Of a stretch of 64,000 nt of DNA, positions 11,331 to 22,296 are shown piece by piece. Each line of letters begins with the position of its first letter. The first letter of the stretch is position 1. The notes below the pieces were generated by a model, which searched no databases, was not told where the DNA came from, and worked only from the letters and a program-made list of their open reading frames with translations. The stretch is from positions 186,001 to 250,000 of the forward strand of contig PPNB01000010.1 in NCBI GenBank assembly GCA_003707115.1, given 5' to 3'. Position numbers and translations under genes: made by a program. Origin of the DNA: Tortispora ganteri. Taxonomy: Eukaryota.

Positions 11331-14300
11331 TTACACATCTATAAATACTCCACCATTCTGCTCGACGGGGAATGTCTCATCCACCGGTGTGACAGAGAGC
11401 GTTTTATTGAAGCGAGTGTCATGTATAGTAGCCATAGGGATCCGTAAATGGCCTGATCGCAGTGGTATGAAATATACATCTTCTGTTATTCGAGAATACG
11501 GTAACACAGTCAATTCTTTTTTGAAAGTTCCTTGAAATGCGATATCTTCGTTGGGTTTGCACAGGAATGTAAAGTTGAGTAAGAACGAAGTAGGGTTCTC
11601 GATGTAGTATCGGCATTTATACATTTCGCCTTCCTTATGCTCTAGCGAAAATAGAACTCTAGGTTCAAAGAGGGGCAGTTGAAGAGACAAAGACTGAGTA
11701 TCAAATACATGGATATTCGTTGTTCCTTTACGTCTCCATTTGATAATACTGAACACTTGCATAGATCCAGTACGCTTAGTGACATCCTTTAGAGAAGAGA
11801 CACTAATGATAAATCTGTTAGTAATCAAAGGTCCCGGTTTCACGCTTTGAGGAAGGTCAGAGAGTATATACTCTTTAACTACAGCTTCAACGTTGACTAG
11901 GTCATCCAACATAAGTTCATGTGCTATAATTTCCAAGTCATCGCTATTAAGCGCAGCTATAGAAATACCAAGGTTCCATAGACGACAGGAAACTGGTGGA
12001 TAATCTGATAGTTTCCCACTAAATACAGAGCCCCATTCCGGATTAGGACTCGGAGAAAATTTGAATGATAACCTAAAAGGGTTGAGTACAGATAATCTAT
12101 ATCGCTTTGTCAACTCCAGTGTTCTGTTATCTCCATCATCTATCAGATGGTATTCCAGGTGAAGTGAAATTTCAGATTCACATACATTATCGGGAGCTTG
12201 CATCTTGAGCTCTACGATCTCTTTCTCGTCAGGAGAAATCTGAAAAGGCACATTGTCCTTCAGCGTTCGTGAATTTTTGTTAGCATTCAAATCATTATCA
12301 TCAGTGTCCTTCACAGTATACTGTACGGTGATTGTGCCACGGATAGCACACCTCTCTCTGTTGATTAGACTGAATGACTTGGAAAAGGTTTCCTTGACTA
12401 GGACAACTTCATCTAGATCATTATTAATGTCAATTTGAGGGATTTTAGGTATGCATAAACTCGTATTGCGGATCCCTGAAAGAATTATTTTCGAGTTATC
12501 TGTAAGCCAATATGATGGATCAACTTCTTTGCGAGGAATAACTACAGGTGAATGGTCGATCTTACAAGACTCAATTTTAAGCTCCGCAGCTATGTCTTGA
12601 ACAGAAATAGGCCCTAGGGTGTCTGCTAGAAAACGACCTTCAAGTACTATAGAGTCTTCTTTGAATGTCATGTTCGCTTGGCATTGCTGAGACTCGAGTA
12701 TTGTGAGGTAAGACGACGAACAATTGGAATGTTCGATATCCCAAGGCTGAGAAGATCCTGATATATTAAAGCTGAGAATATTAATGCAAGAGAACGGAAG
12801 AGACAAGCGGTCGTTCCTAACTATTCTCAATTGAAAGTAACAAGGATCTCCAACCTGAACTTCGGGTTCTTTGAAGATAATTTCATATGACAATATGGCT
12901 TTAAAATCGCGAGGATACACCACTGATGACACACCAGGGGATAGAATAGTCTGCGGCTTGTAAGAACCCAAGAGAGATCTTAATATAGTGAGCAAAAAAA
13001 CCCACTTACGATCTTCTATTTTTCCTGCAGCTAGTAAGGCTTTGTCGGTTATATCAATGAGAAGGTCTGAAGAGAGTGTGTCTAGAGCCAAAGGGACTAT
13101 TGATAGGAGACCTTTGAGAGACTCCCTATATTTTCCCTGTGACTCTAAAGCTAGTGACAGTTCATATGTAATATATAGATGCGTATGAGATTGTCTTTCT
13201 GGAAAATATTTATCAGCCTGTTGCAAAATAGAAATAATCTGAGCGGTAAGGTCATTCTTATCATTAGAGCGCTCCAAGAGTACGTAGGCGTCTAGAAGTT
13301 GGAACCCTGCATTAGGCAGGACATCAAATGGAGTAGGATCAGGAATAGGACCTATCGCAAATGGGTGGTCCGGTGACGATATTTCTGAGGGAGCAAGAAG
13401 AAGTAGCTTGGCGACAATTTCACACATTTTGGCAATGACAAGGGGGTATGCGGGAATAGACAATTTTTCATCTTGAGTGAAATGCTTGTATATTTCTCCT
13501 AAACTAGATACATGAACATGTAACTTTCGCGCAGCTTGCGCAATGTGGTTGAGGTAAAGATGACATCGAAGGATTCGAAATGCTATCACATCCAGAAAGA
13601 AGCGGTAATGAGACCAGCGCGGATGAGTAGGAGAAATATCACGCATCATTTCGAGAAGAGATTCGTACGCGTTTTCGTAAGCTTTTGCAGCTATATCAAT
13701 TTCGAAACGGCATTCTGAAAGATATCCAATTTTGAAGTCGTAACGTGAGGACCAGCCCAGAGTAGGTAAGGCTGTGGAATCTTCAATTGTGGGGGTTCGA
13801 GAGATGCGAGACTTTTTGCGACGTATACGTTTTATAGTGTTAGAATAAAATTCCATGGAGGAGCGATAGAGAGTGGCTAATACCTTTGAAGACCAGTCGA
13901 GTAGAGGAACGGTTAAAGGGTCGGCTTCGTACAGTGCTGTTGGAAAGAGTAACAAATTTGATTTTGAATCCAAACCAGCAAGTTTTTGGATCTTTGATAC
14001 TGTGTCCGAGGATATTGTGGGGTCAGTGAGGATGAGATAGAGCTTCACCTTATAGTCGTCAAGCATTAGCTTCAGCGTCTTGATTTGGTCAATGAGGGAT
14101 GTAGGATCTGGATCAGCAGAATGAATGCACTGAACAAAAATAGAAGGGACAATACAAGAGTATTTAAGACACCAGGACAAGCTCATGTAGCCTGCGGGGA
14201 ATATATCGGAGGCAGGATTAGAAGGAGAGAGAACAGATTGAGGGAGGGATTCTGATGAGCTGTCTGGTTTAGATCGAATCAGTGGGAAGCGCCACTTAGT

Positions 14301-14570
14301 ATTAGTGTATGTCACATTATATAGTTTACGTGATTCCGAGGCATTAGATTTGTGCAATGAGGAATTCCATATGGAAGTTGTAGTGTCTGAGGTCGCAGAG
14401 TCAAATAATGCTCGGAGTTTAGTTTGTATTTCGTCAGGGACATTACCAAAGTCACAAGGGACCTCAATAGATTCGGTTAAACTGGTAACATTAGAATCTA
14501 AAGACTTGACACCAGAGACCAGGATTAATGGGTAAATATGGGCTAGGAATGGTCCATTAAGTTCATCCAT
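11331..14570 (-). CDS. TRAPP complex subunit TRAPPC11 (foie gras/Gryzun-like)
   Basis: SVLSPSNPASDIFPAGYMSLSWCLKY...VPSIFV, FYSNTIKRIRRKK, GWSSRYDFKIGYLSE, and a C-terminal Ig-like region (IENPTSFLLNF...PLRSG). Confidence 0.8.
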   Translation of the reverse strand: MDELNGPFLAHIYPLILVSGVKSLDSNVTSLTESIEVPCDFGNVPDEIQTKLRALFDSATSDTTTSIWNSSLHKSNASESRKLYNVTYTNTKWRFPLIRSKPDSSSESLPQSVLSPSNPASDIFPAGYMSLSWCLKYSCIVPSIFVQCIHSADPDPTSLIDQIKTLKLMLDDYKVKLYLILTDPTISSDTVSKIQKLAGLDSKSNLLLFPTALYEADPLTVPLLDWSSKVLATLYRSSMEFYSNTIKRIRRKKSRISRTPTIEDSTALPTLGWSSRYDFKIGYLSECRFEIDIAAKAYENAYESLLEMMRDISPTHPRWSHYRFFLDVIAFRILRCHLYLNHIAQAARKLHVHVSSLGEIYKHFTQDEKLSIPAYPLVIAKMCEIVAKLLLLAPSEISSPDHPFAIGPIPDPTPFDVLPNAGFQLLDAYVLLERSNDKNDLTAQIISILQQADKYFPERQSHTHLYITYELSLALESQGKYRESLKGLLSIVPLALDTLSSDLLIDITDKALLAAGKIEDRKWVFLLTILRSLLGSYKPQTILSPGVSSVVYPRDFKAILSYEIIFKEPEVQVGDPCYFQLRIVRNDRLSLPFSCINILSFNISGSSQPWDIEHSNCSSSYLTILESQQCQANMTFKEDSIVLEGRFLADTLGPISVQDIAAELKIESCKIDHSPVVIPRKEVDPSYWLTDNSKIILSGIRNTSLCIPKIPQIDINNDLDEVVLVKETFSKSFSLINRERCAIRGTITVQYTVKDTDDNDLNANKNSRTLKDNVPFQISPDEKEIVELKMQAPDNVCESEISLHLEYHLIDDGDNRTLELTKRYRLSVLNPFRLSFKFSPSPNPEWGSVFSGKLSDYPPVSCRLWNLGISIAALNSDDLEIIAHELMLDDLVNVEAVVKEYILSDLPQSVKPGPLITNRFIISVSSLKDVTKRTGSMQVFSIIKWRRKGTTNIHVFDTQSLSLQLPLFEPRVLFSLEHKEGEMYKCRYYIENPTSFLLNFTFLCKPNEDIAFQGTFKKELTVLPYSRITEDVYFIPLRSGHLRIPMATIHDTRFNKTLSVTPVDETFPVEQNGGVFIDV

Positions 14571-14745
14571 TATGTTTGACTGGGATTGGAAATGGAGTGT
14601 AGTAGACTCCTATCAATTCACACCCACACCCATACCTAACTTTCTGGTTAACCTACTACAACCCTACAATATCAACAATAATTATCACCATACTGGTATC
14701 AAACACTAGCCCGTTGTACAATAATAATTTGAAAAGACCCTGCAA

Positions 14746-17370
14746 ATGTCTTTTGTTGCAATGTCGCGGCTGTCTGCGAGACGTGGATGGATGTTTGTCA
14801 CTGCGCCCCCTACGGTCACGCCAGCGCGAACAATGTACTTGCTCAGATCGCGTCCTCTTACCGGTCCAGGGTCGCGACCCTTCTCTTTTGGAGCGTTTGG
14901 CAGAGTTGCTGGCAAAGCGATCAAGGTACCTGCAACAGTCGGCACAGCTACTGTCGCTGCCGTCGCGTATGTCCAATATCAGGTTACTGAAGCCGCTACT
15001 TATACGGAAGAGAAGATCAAGCAGGCATGGTCCTGGGCAGAGTCTGTGTACGGATCTGCTAAAGACACCGCGTCAAATGCAGCAAAATCTTTGTCGCAGC
15101 TAATGAGCGAGAGTTCAGACTCGGAACAGGAGCAAAAAACCAGTCAACGCGCTGATAGTGGTGGTGACGGCGACAATAATGAAGGTGGGAATGGGGGCAA
15201 TAACGGCAAGGAAGCTGTGATTGTCGCTGCTGCTGCCGCTGCTGTATCTGAAGCTACCGAAGACAAGTCCGACAATGAAGAACTTCAAAGTAAGCGCAAA
15301 GAAGCGGACGATCAGCAAATAATGATCCTCACGCGAAAGATGATCGAAATTCGCTCTATTCTGTCACAAATTGACCAGGCAGATACCCTCCGTCTTCCCG
15401 CCATAGTAGTTGTTGGATCTCAAAGCTCTGGAAAGAGCTCCGTACTAGAGGCAATTGTAGGCCACGAGTTCCTTCCAAAAGGCTCTAACATGGTGACTCG
15501 CAGGCCAATAGAGCTTACTCTTATTAATACCCCTTCAGCCGCTGCTTCCTACGGCGTCTTCCCTGCTCTTAAGTCAGGCAAGATTACAGATTTTTACCAG
15601 ATACAAAAAACACTATCTGATCTGAACCTCTCTGTCTCAGAGCTTGAGTGTGTTTCTGACGATCCTATCCGACTGGAAATATACTCTCCCACTGTTCCTG
15701 ACCTCACCCTTATAGATCTGCCAGGATATATTCAACTGGCAGCTGCTGATCAACCTGAATCTCTTAAAAGCAAGATATCTGCACTTTGTGACAAATATAT
15801 TCAAGAACCTAACATTATACTTGCTATTTCGCCAGCCGACGTTGATCTAGCAAACTCGACTGCTCTGCGAGCTAGTCGGCGAGTCGATCCTCGAGGTGAG
15901 CGAACTATTGGAGTAGTCACAAAAATGGATCTTGTAGATCCACAGACTGGAGTAGACATTCTTTTGAATGACAGATATCCTTTAAGACTGGGGTATGTGG
16001 GTCTAGTATGCAAACCACCTGCATCCGGTCTGTTTAGGCGACACGGTGATCTTATTAGTCTTACGGAAAAGCAAGAGCATGAGTTTTTTGGGAGACATCC
16101 ACTTTATTCGGAGGCAAACTGCAAAACTGGACTTTATTATCTTAGAAATCAGCTTATGAGGACTTTGGAAGATACAATGGCCCGCAGCCTTGCGCCCACC
16201 GCAACCGCTATAAGAGGTGAGCTCGAAGAAGCATCTTACCAATTCAAGGTGGAATATAACGACAGAATTCTTACACCAGAAACTTATCTTGCGGAATCTT
16301 TAGACAAGTTTAAGATAGGATTCCAGAAATTTAGCTCTGCTTTTGGACGTCAGGATATACGTGATATGCTGAAAAGTGCCCTGGACCAGAAGGTACTCGA
16401 TATACTAGCAGAAAAGTATTGGTCTATAAATTCCAAAGCCTCTGTATCTAACGGATCAAATACAGCTAATGCAGTGTTGCTTGATTCTCTTCCCAGTGCT
16501 TCTCAAGATGACCCTTTCTGGAATAGAAGATTTGATCTTAGTTCTTCTTCTCTGACTAAACTCGGAATTGGCAGATTAGCTACAATGCTCACAATCAGCT
16601 CTTTAATGGCAGCAGTGGAGTACCAAATTGATCACAGCACATTTGCAAAACATCCATTTGCTCGCTCGACTATAACTGATTCTGCTGCAAGAATTCTTAA
16701 CGATCGATACTTTTCTGCTGCTGATCAGGTGGAGAACTGTATTAAGCCGTTCAAATACGAGATTGATTTGGATGAAAGAGAATGGCAGGCATCTCGGGAC
16801 CGTGCATATGGTTTAGTGAAAACAGAGATGTCACAATGTTATCAGGCCTACCAAAGTCTGCGAAAACAAGTTGGGGCTAAAACTCTTGATAATGTCATGG
16901 ATTATATATTGAAAACCAATAACTCTACTGAAAAATTTGATGAAGTTGGCAGTTTTGGGTTCAGTCAAGCTTTGCTATCCAAAGGCCGTGAAGGCATTTT
17001 CCTTAAAGATCGACTGGCAGTTTTACAAATGCGGCTGCAAGCGGTTAAATCCAAGCAGTGTCGATCTAAGAAGAACAAAATGTACTGTCCTGAGATATTT
17101 TTGGATGCAGTAGCGGATAAACTTGTTCACACAGCTGTATTATTTCTGAATGTTGAACTTCTTTCTGATTTTTATTACAATTTTCCTCGAGAACTAGATC
17201 AGCGCCTAGGACGCAAATTGAGTATTGAGCAAGTGGAAGCATTTGCACGCGAAGATCCGCGTATACAAGCTCATCTTGATTTGCAGAATCGAAAGCATTT
17301 ACTTGAACTTGCTCTAGAGAAGATGGAGAGCGTGCTAGCGCTTCAACGACAAAGAAGAAACGATATCTGA
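14746..17370 (+). CDS. MGM1: Mitochondrial dynamin-like GTPase Mgm1
   Basis: Arg-rich presequence, GSQSSGKSSVLE, VTRRPIEL, DLPG, TKMD, ADQVENCIKPFKYE, CPEIFL. Confidence 0.96.
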   Translation: MSFVAMSRLSARRGWMFVTAPPTVTPARTMYLLRSRPLTGPGSRPFSFGAFGRVAGKAIKVPATVGTATVAAVAYVQYQVTEAATYTEEKIKQAWSWAESVYGSAKDTASNAAKSLSQLMSESSDSEQEQKTSQRADSGGDGDNNEGGNGGNNGKEAVIVAAAAAAVSEATEDKSDNEELQSKRKEADDQQIMILTRKMIEIRSILSQIDQADTLRLPAIVVVGSQSSGKSSVLEAIVGHEFLPKGSNMVTRRPIELTLINTPSAAASYGVFPALKSGKITDFYQIQKTLSDLNLSVSELECVSDDPIRLEIYSPTVPDLTLIDLPGYIQLAAADQPESLKSKISALCDKYIQEPNIILAISPADVDLANSTALRASRRVDPRGERTIGVVTKMDLVDPQTGVDILLNDRYPLRLGYVGLVCKPPASGLFRRHGDLISLTEKQEHEFFGRHPLYSEANCKTGLYYLRNQLMRTLEDTMARSLAPTATAIRGELEEASYQFKVEYNDRILTPETYLAESLDKFKIGFQKFSSAFGRQDIRDMLKSALDQKVLDILAEKYWSINSKASVSNGSNTANAVLLDSLPSASQDDPFWNRRFDLSSSSLTKLGIGRLATMLTISSLMAAVEYQIDHSTFAKHPFARSTITDSAARILNDRYFSAADQVENCIKPFKYEIDLDEREWQASRDRAYGLVKTEMSQCYQAYQSLRKQVGAKTLDNVMDYILKTNNSTEKFDEVGSFGFSQALLSKGREGIFLKDRLAVLQMRLQAVKSKQCRSKKNKMYCPEIFLDAVADKLVHTAVLFLNVELLSDFYYNFPRELDQRLGRKLSIEQVEAFAREDPRIQAHLDLQNRKHLLELALEKMESVLALQRQRRNDI

Positions 17371-17400
17371 AGGAACGGGATACATAAGTATTTACGAATA

Positions 17401-18771
17401 TTATAACATAACTACACCAACTCCCGATCTGCTATTTTTGTCGAGTTCATGGTCGTCTGTGATACCACCGTGAATCTTTGGCGTGCGATAGTTAAACACA
17501 TAGTAGTTGAGGAATCCGTCACCGGGCCCGAACTTTAGTTCTTCGAGGAACAAGGAATTGTCATGGAGCGACATTGCATTAAACACATCAAAACCTTGTC
17601 GCTTGGATTCAATAAGTGCAGCAGTGAAAAGACCCATTAATCTCGTTTGTAGTTCGTTTCGGTCAATTTCAGAATTATTGATAGCAGCGGTGGAAAAAGA
17701 GTAGAAAGAATAGGAGGCATTAACTTCATGGTCTGGGGCATCTTTCACAAGTACACTTGATGGTAGTTTGTAGAAGGAGACAAACTCAGTTATATTGCCG
17801 TCATTCTCGATAACATACGACCATACAATGCGATCTTCGCAGTCAGTAGCATCTGGGACAAAGAAATGGACAATTTCTTCTCTGGAGAACTGAATAGAAA
17901 GGTCAAAACATGCAAGGTAGCTGTTGAGATATTGATGGACTTGGTCTACATCTTGCGAAGCAAACGGTCTGAAGCCTTCAACTGCGATTGATGTAGGCAG
18001 CGAGAATGCGGCTTCCATCTTAGCCGCAGTTGACCCTGGGGGCAAAGAAGAGAAACCAACAGAGTGGAGTTTAGTCCAATTGAGAGGACGATGGTAGTAA
18101 CGACATGTAGATACCGGGGTAGGTATTATCGTACCTGAGGTGTGGAGTGCCTGCCAAATATCCTGCAGGTTGACTCTCCTAGTGATCTCTTTGATTAGCA
18201 GAGGAGCCAATCGTTTTGACCGAAGTTTCTTGTGGATGCAAAGGAAGTTAATTTCAACAGACTCAATAATTTTACCACGTACACTTAATGTGGTAGGAGT
18301 AGCTGCAATAAATGCGACAAGTCTGTTTGACTCGGAAGCTCTTACACCTAGCAGCCACTCTGGTTTCCAGCCTGGCGGGTGCAGGGCCCATCTCAAGAAA
18401 GCGTGAGAGTAGGCGAACCTCAAAGTAGAGTCGACATCTTCAACGTAATTTTGGTTAAGTAAATCATGTAATTCATTCAATTCTGGGCCGTCGAGATCAA
18501 GCTCACACCATTTAAAGTCCTTGTGGAGATCGTACGGCGTCTTTCGTACATCTTCTAGTAACTTATGTTCAATAGGGCCAGATTCCTTCACTTTCAACAC
18601 TTCATCATATTCAGGAACGGGTTGAGTGTTCCAGAACTTGTGTTGGCTTTTGTCTTTTGGCACTGTTGGTTTATTCATAGCTGCCAGCGCCTTGATCAGC
18701 TCCTCAATCGCGTTCTTCTCCATCTGAATGGGGTTTGTGTTGAAAGTAGTAGTAAAGGAAGGTTTGCTCAT
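17401..18771 (-). CDS. NMT1: Glycylpeptide N-myristoyltransferase
   Basis: HKFWNTQPV, EINFLCIHKKLRSKRLAP, KFGPGDGFLNYY, C-terminal GVVML. Confidence 0.96.
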   Translation of the reverse strand: MSKPSFTTTFNTNPIQMEKNAIEELIKALAAMNKPTVPKDKSQHKFWNTQPVPEYDEVLKVKESGPIEHKLLEDVRKTPYDLHKDFKWCELDLDGPELNELHDLLNQNYVEDVDSTLRFAYSHAFLRWALHPPGWKPEWLLGVRASESNRLVAFIAATPTTLSVRGKIIESVEINFLCIHKKLRSKRLAPLLIKEITRRVNLQDIWQALHTSGTIIPTPVSTCRYYHRPLNWTKLHSVGFSSLPPGSTAAKMEAAFSLPTSIAVEGFRPFASQDVDQVHQYLNSYLACFDLSIQFSREEIVHFFVPDATDCEDRIVWSYVIENDGNITEFVSFYKLPSSVLVKDAPDHEVNASYSFYSFSTAAINNSEIDRNELQTRLMGLFTAALIESKRQGFDVFNAMSLHDNSLFLEELKFGPGDGFLNYYVFNYRTPKIHGGITDDHELDKNSRSGVGVVML

Positions 18772-18896
18772 GTGGGAGGGGCACGATCAATATGCTAACC
18801 GCGCTACTAATTCAATAAGAAAAAACAAAAGATCGTATTATTAATAGTGATAGTAATAGTAATAGTATATAAAAACCCCAAAAATACATATAAATG

Positions 18897-21800
18897 TTAA
18901 ACGGCCTGCGTTTGGTACAAAAACCGCGATTTCGCAGGGATCTTCTGCGCCATCGCTTCACCAATACGTAGTCCGCCTTTCGACTGCGTCTGTGCCAGAA
19001 GGTACGCCGCATTATATGCACGCTTTTGTCCTGAGGCATTCGTACGCGCTGCTATAATTGGCTTGAATTTCCCTTTAGGCACGAACGTATCGTCTCGTTT
19101 TGTCGGACCTAGTTCGTAGTTTTCTCCACTTTGCAGTAGGTCCCGCATTGACAGCGCTATTCCTGGAGGAATCGCGTCAGGATGCGACGGTGTTACACAT
19201 GGCATATTCACTTCTTTTCGCAAAACATGGTCAATATCTATCGCAGAGAAGAATGCACATGACTCAGGAATATCGTTGATCCCCAGCTGGTAACAGAACA
19301 ACGCTCGCGTCCAGATGTTCGACACCTGCAGCGCCATCGCAACTCGAAATCGGTCCTCGTCCTTACACAGGTATCGGATCTCGTCGTGCACAGTCAAACA
19401 AAGCCTTGCATCAATACCGTAAAGGTCACACAGATAGTCCATCGACATAATTAACAAGTGCAAGTAATCTACTCCGCTCGACTGGATCGCCCAGTTCACT
19501 CGAGAAGTAAGGTACGATGTCTTTGATGGCAAATTTTCGCGCCGCAGTGCTTCGGTAATTCCAGCACCTAATACTGGCGTTCTCGGCGACTCACCTAGCG
19601 AAATTGTCTCCAGCTCGTTAAAAAGAACACTCTCAGACCCATACCCCCAGAACGAGTCTTTGTCTGGTCTGAATATAGTAGACGTCAGCTTCCTACCTTT
19701 TGTGTTCTGGTACAAAGCCGCAGCTAGCCTCTTCGCTTCAACCTGCGATAGTTCATTGTTAAACTGCATTAAAAGCTGAGCGGCAAACTGCTGTCCTGCT
19801 CCATATATTCTACCATAATTAAACACCTTGGCATGGTCACGAGATATCTTCAGAATCGACGCTGTTTTCGAGTGTAAATCGGTACCGTCGGATTTAACAC
19901 CTTCTAGCGTCATCCAGCCTACTGCAGATGCCCCATGAAATCCAAACCTGGAGTCCCCAACAAGACTGGCTATCCATAACTCCTCAGAATCAACATCCGC
20001 ACCGACAAACGAGTATCCTGGAGGCGCAGTTACCATCGCTTTCAGTTCTGACCCAAGCCGTGTCTTCTTTGCATTGCTAGCTGTTAACCACGTAGACTCT
20101 ACTGCTCGTCTAGTAATAGTCCCCATAGGTATCAGCAGTGGAATGATAAATCCTAGTCCCTCATCGGGCATTTCAGACAGTCCCAGATTGTCCATATTTT
20201 GCTCGCCGGCCCACACAACAAACTGACTTCTTATGCGCTCCCTCGCTGAAATCCAATACGAGCATTGCGAACTAGCCTCTAAAGTCTTCTTAGCTAAAGG
20301 AAACTCAGAACTTAGGATACCGTTCTCAAATGCAGATATATAACCTTTTGCCAAAGGATTTGTACAGCGCGCTGTAGGTCCTCTACTATGAGGAATGCGG
20401 AAGTACGCATGCTTCTTGTCATCAAATAACCGCTTGTCGGCAGAAGACAGTTCCTCGTATACAGTGTTGTTAGGAAACGCACAATATACTTGATTTCTTC
20501 TCAGAAGATCAGCTTTATCTTTGAGCGGAACTCTGAAAGTGAACCCAAAAATATCGGACCAGACAATAGGATAGTGGTTCCATGCCAGCCTTAAGAGTAT
20601 TATGGCAGTACGCGACCGCGCCGTGATCTTAAGATCAGCCCCTATACGCGGGATTAAATCTCGATACCATTTCGGATATCCGGGGAGCTTGCGAGAGTAC
20701 ACAGGAACTTCGTTGCCCTCTTTGTCAACCTTTGTACGCGTATGAGTTGTCCAGTCCAGCTGGCTCAACCAAACATCAGATTGCACTCGTTGAGGGTCGT
20801 CGCGCAACTTTACAGCCTCCTCTGCCAGTGCTTTCAGTTGCTCCACAATTCCAACAGAAAGCTTCTGATACAGATTTTCTGCGGCTTCAAGATAATTATT
20901 CCAGGATTTGTTAACAGGGAGTATTTGAGACGAAAGGTGTCGCTGAACGGCAAAGGTTACAGGGTGAGGACAAGTTTGGAAGAATTTTGGCAAAACCTTG
21001 CCAAAAACCATATGTGTGGCACGCACGTCTGATGCGCAGTAAGTCATTAAGTTTTGAAAATTGTCAACAATTTCAGTTCTGTCGGTAGTGCTGAACTGGT
21101 CTCTAAGAGACTTATCCATGTCGATATCGCAGTGAAGTTTAGCAGTGTCGTGAAGTGAGTTCAGAGATGATACTGCCATCCACTGTTCCATATTGTCACA
21201 TTCATCATTTGAAAGAAGAAGTGATTTCAGATTGCGGCTCTTTATATTGGTCACGGTCTGTTCGCGTTCGGCAACGGCTTTCATATAGCCAGACCATTTT
21301 GGCCGCTGGCTAGAACACATGCCAGAGCTGGCCACATGCAGGGACATTGTGTCAAGAAACATGCGTTTAGAAGCATTTATGTTATATTCTTCTAGTACTT
21401 TTGATCTGTCAAAGCCGACATTGTGACCTATTGCAATTTGTGGGTACGCGCCAGGGCCTAGTGGCATAAGAGTATAAATCTGTCGATCATCAACGAGCCA
21501 AGGCGAGACCCAGCCATACCATGCTGTTTTGCTGACAGCCGTAGCCATAACCGGGTAGGGACATATTTTGTACAATACTTCTGTGTCGAAAACGATGGCG
21601 TCTTCGTCAGGGTATGGGACAGGTTCAGATTTGCCATCCGGGGTATACTTATGCCAGCCTGGTTCGAAAAGCCATTCAGTAGGGACAGGCGGCAATTCTG
21701 CGCGGGAAAAGTCCAAGGCAATAGAATGATAGGGTTCACTCGCATTTTTGCCGATATTCTGAAAGTGCTCTGCTATGTTTCTGCCCTGGAGCCTGGGGAG

Positions 21801-22106
21801 ATCAAACTCGATAGGCGTTACAGGTTTGGGAAGGGTCTTAAGAAGGCCATGAGATCTGAGATGCGCGTCTGCTATTTTCTCAATTTGTGGATCAATAATG
21901 TTAGGCGGTGCTCCCGGAAACAGCTGCTGGTGCATATAAGGTGATATGTGCTGAATGCCCACGCTGTTAATCCTTAAGTTGGGGGGATAGTGATCCGCGT
22001 AATTCGCTGGAGCAGTAGCGGTGGCAGTAGCTACACTGTACATACATTTGCCACGCTTACCCAGATACAGCAGCGTATTTGAGCTGCAAAGCGTGGTACG
22101 CTTCAT
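18897..22106 (-). CDS. MIP1: Mitochondrial DNA polymerase gamma
   Basis: Exo motifs VFDTE, GHNVGFDR, YCASDV; Pol motifs VGADVDSEELW, AKVFNYGRIYGAG, VHDEIRY. Confidence 0.96.
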   Translation of the reverse strand: MKRTTLCSSNTLLYLGKRGKCMYSVATATATAPANYADHYPPNLRINSVGIQHISPYMHQQLFPGAPPNIIDPQIEKIADAHLRSHGLLKTLPKPVTPIEFDLPRLQGRNIAEHFQNIGKNASEPYHSIALDFSRAELPPVPTEWLFEPGWHKYTPDGKSEPVPYPDEDAIVFDTEVLYKICPYPVMATAVSKTAWYGWVSPWLVDDRQIYTLMPLGPGAYPQIAIGHNVGFDRSKVLEEYNINASKRMFLDTMSLHVASSGMCSSQRPKWSGYMKAVAEREQTVTNIKSRNLKSLLLSNDECDNMEQWMAVSSLNSLHDTAKLHCDIDMDKSLRDQFSTTDRTEIVDNFQNLMTYCASDVRATHMVFGKVLPKFFQTCPHPVTFAVQRHLSSQILPVNKSWNNYLEAAENLYQKLSVGIVEQLKALAEEAVKLRDDPQRVQSDVWLSQLDWTTHTRTKVDKEGNEVPVYSRKLPGYPKWYRDLIPRIGADLKITARSRTAIILLRLAWNHYPIVWSDIFGFTFRVPLKDKADLLRRNQVYCAFPNNTVYEELSSADKRLFDDKKHAYFRIPHSRGPTARCTNPLAKGYISAFENGILSSEFPLAKKTLEASSQCSYWISARERIRSQFVVWAGEQNMDNLGLSEMPDEGLGFIIPLLIPMGTITRRAVESTWLTASNAKKTRLGSELKAMVTAPPGYSFVGADVDSEELWIASLVGDSRFGFHGASAVGWMTLEGVKSDGTDLHSKTASILKISRDHAKVFNYGRIYGAGQQFAAQLLMQFNNELSQVEAKRLAAALYQNTKGRKLTSTIFRPDKDSFWGYGSESVLFNELETISLGESPRTPVLGAGITEALRRENLPSKTSYLTSRVNWAIQSSGVDYLHLLIMSMDYLCDLYGIDARLCLTVHDEIRYLCKDEDRFRVAMALQVSNIWTRALFCYQLGINDIPESCAFFSAIDIDHVLRKEVNMPCVTPSHPDAIPPGIALSMRDLLQSGENYELGPTKRDDTFVPKGKFKPIIAARTNASGQKRAYNAAYLLAQTQSKGGLRIGEAMAQKIPAKSRFLYQTQAV

Positions 22107-22296
22107 GGCTAGCTAACGACAGTCAAAGCAAGTAGAGAGACGCGTTCTGTTTTCGCACGTTAGTGATAAAGTGGTGGAACGAGATGAGGGATCAGGGTTT
22201 CATTTTTTTCTCAGTTGTGCGGCTCAACAAGCATTGACTTATAACGGTGGAAGCTTCTTTCTACCAGCACCGTGAATACGTTTAAGGACGCAAACA

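Noticed and set aside
22140..22188. ACGCGT (MCB) and GAGATGAG (PAC-like) in the MIP1/RIA1 promoter
   Set aside because: Single short or imperfect matches; plausible but not supportable alone.
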